Source of the DNA: Hydrolagus affinis
Taxonomy: Eukaryota
DNA length: 64,000 nt
NCBI GenBank assembly: GCA_012026655.1
Contig: JAAILG010001477.1
Span: forward strand, 1 to 64,000
Direction of reading: 5' to 3'
Below the pieces are notes generated by a model. It saw only the letters and a list, made by a program, of their open reading frames with translations. It searched no databases and had not been told where the DNA came from. The translations under genes were made by a program, and so were the position numbers. Shown in pieces: positions 63,119 to 64,000 of this stretch (positions within the stretch are counted from its first letter, which is position 1; each line of letters starts with the position of its first letter).

Positions 63119-64000
63119 CTCTAAAGGGCAATAAAATTATCTACTCTGCAGCCAATTGGCCTGTACATGTCCAATTCTCCCACAGATTGCAATGCATTGG
63201 TACCCAATGGCAAAAAGGTAGTCAGAAATCAGTTGTGATTTGCACACTACAGTAAATTACCTCCAACTAGTGCAAGTTACCCAGCAGCGGTTGACCATGC
63301 TTTTATAAAATCTTTGCTCTTTCCAACTTTTTTAACTCCCACCCGTATCCCACAGCACAGTGAAATGCTCAAGATGTCCTCCCGATGTGAGAGGTGCTAT
63401 ACAAATGCAAATCATACTTTAAGCAGTCAACGGGAAGGACTTAATTATTTCTGTTATTCATACAATGAAAGATGTAATGCTCAAGATTTCTTAAATAGAA
63501 GGGCCAAATTCTCATGCCAGATAGTTCACTGGTAGCATTTGGAGTAAAGCGTCCCTAGGAGTATGTGAATTGCAGTTTGTGCATAGCAATAGGGATGCAA
63601 CACTTATTAAATCCACCATTTTCAAGAATTTCACATTTCGAGGATGCTTTTTTAAATGCTTTATGAGTTTTGATTTCATAGTCCATTGTTTGCTCATTGC
63701 GCTACTTAGGATTGCTATTTTGCAAACAAATTTATCTTGGTTTATTCACAGAAGCCAAGAGCCAGTTTGTAATACTTTCATCTAGAAAATCGAGAGTATA
63801 AGAGAATGTAAAGATTTTGTAAAATCAGGTAAATAAAGATGGTTGTTGGTCCTGAAAGGCAACTTTAGTAAAAGGATAAGAACTACAAAGGTGCATGGCT
63901 ACATCATAGGATATGCAGGAGTATGTAATTGTGTGCACGTCTTGAAACAAAAAAGGTCTAGACTTTTTGAACTACAATATGAACAGGTGAAAAAAATGTA

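Overview
Vertebrate, intron-rich genomic DNA. The tRNA-headed/L2-tailed SINE, L2, CR1 and Penelope repeats suggest a cartilaginous fish, probably a chimaera (inference). Three genes can be built from splice sites with consistent reading phase. (1) The last four coding exons of glycerol kinase GK (+, 193-17144), including the 87-nt hydrophobic-tail cassette exon. (2) An 11-coding-exon gene I do not recognise (+, about 25653-42777, about 665 aa), encoding a Ser-rich N-terminus, a coiled coil and a complete C-terminal CAP-Gly domain with a GKHDG motif, preceded by a candidate RFX/X-box promoter. (3) The last three coding exons of TAB3 (-, 51557-62019), ending in the NZF zinc finger. GK(+)/TAB3(-) matches the human Xp21 arrangement, where I recall no protein-coding gene between them, so the CAP-Gly gene is the main novelty. 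The rest is many SINEs, L2/CR1 LINE fragments, Tigger/pogo and hAT MITEs (several nested), Penelope-type inverted repeats with minimal hammerhead motifs, and one 100-N assembly gap. Repeat boundaries are approximate. Exon boundaries were counted by hand.
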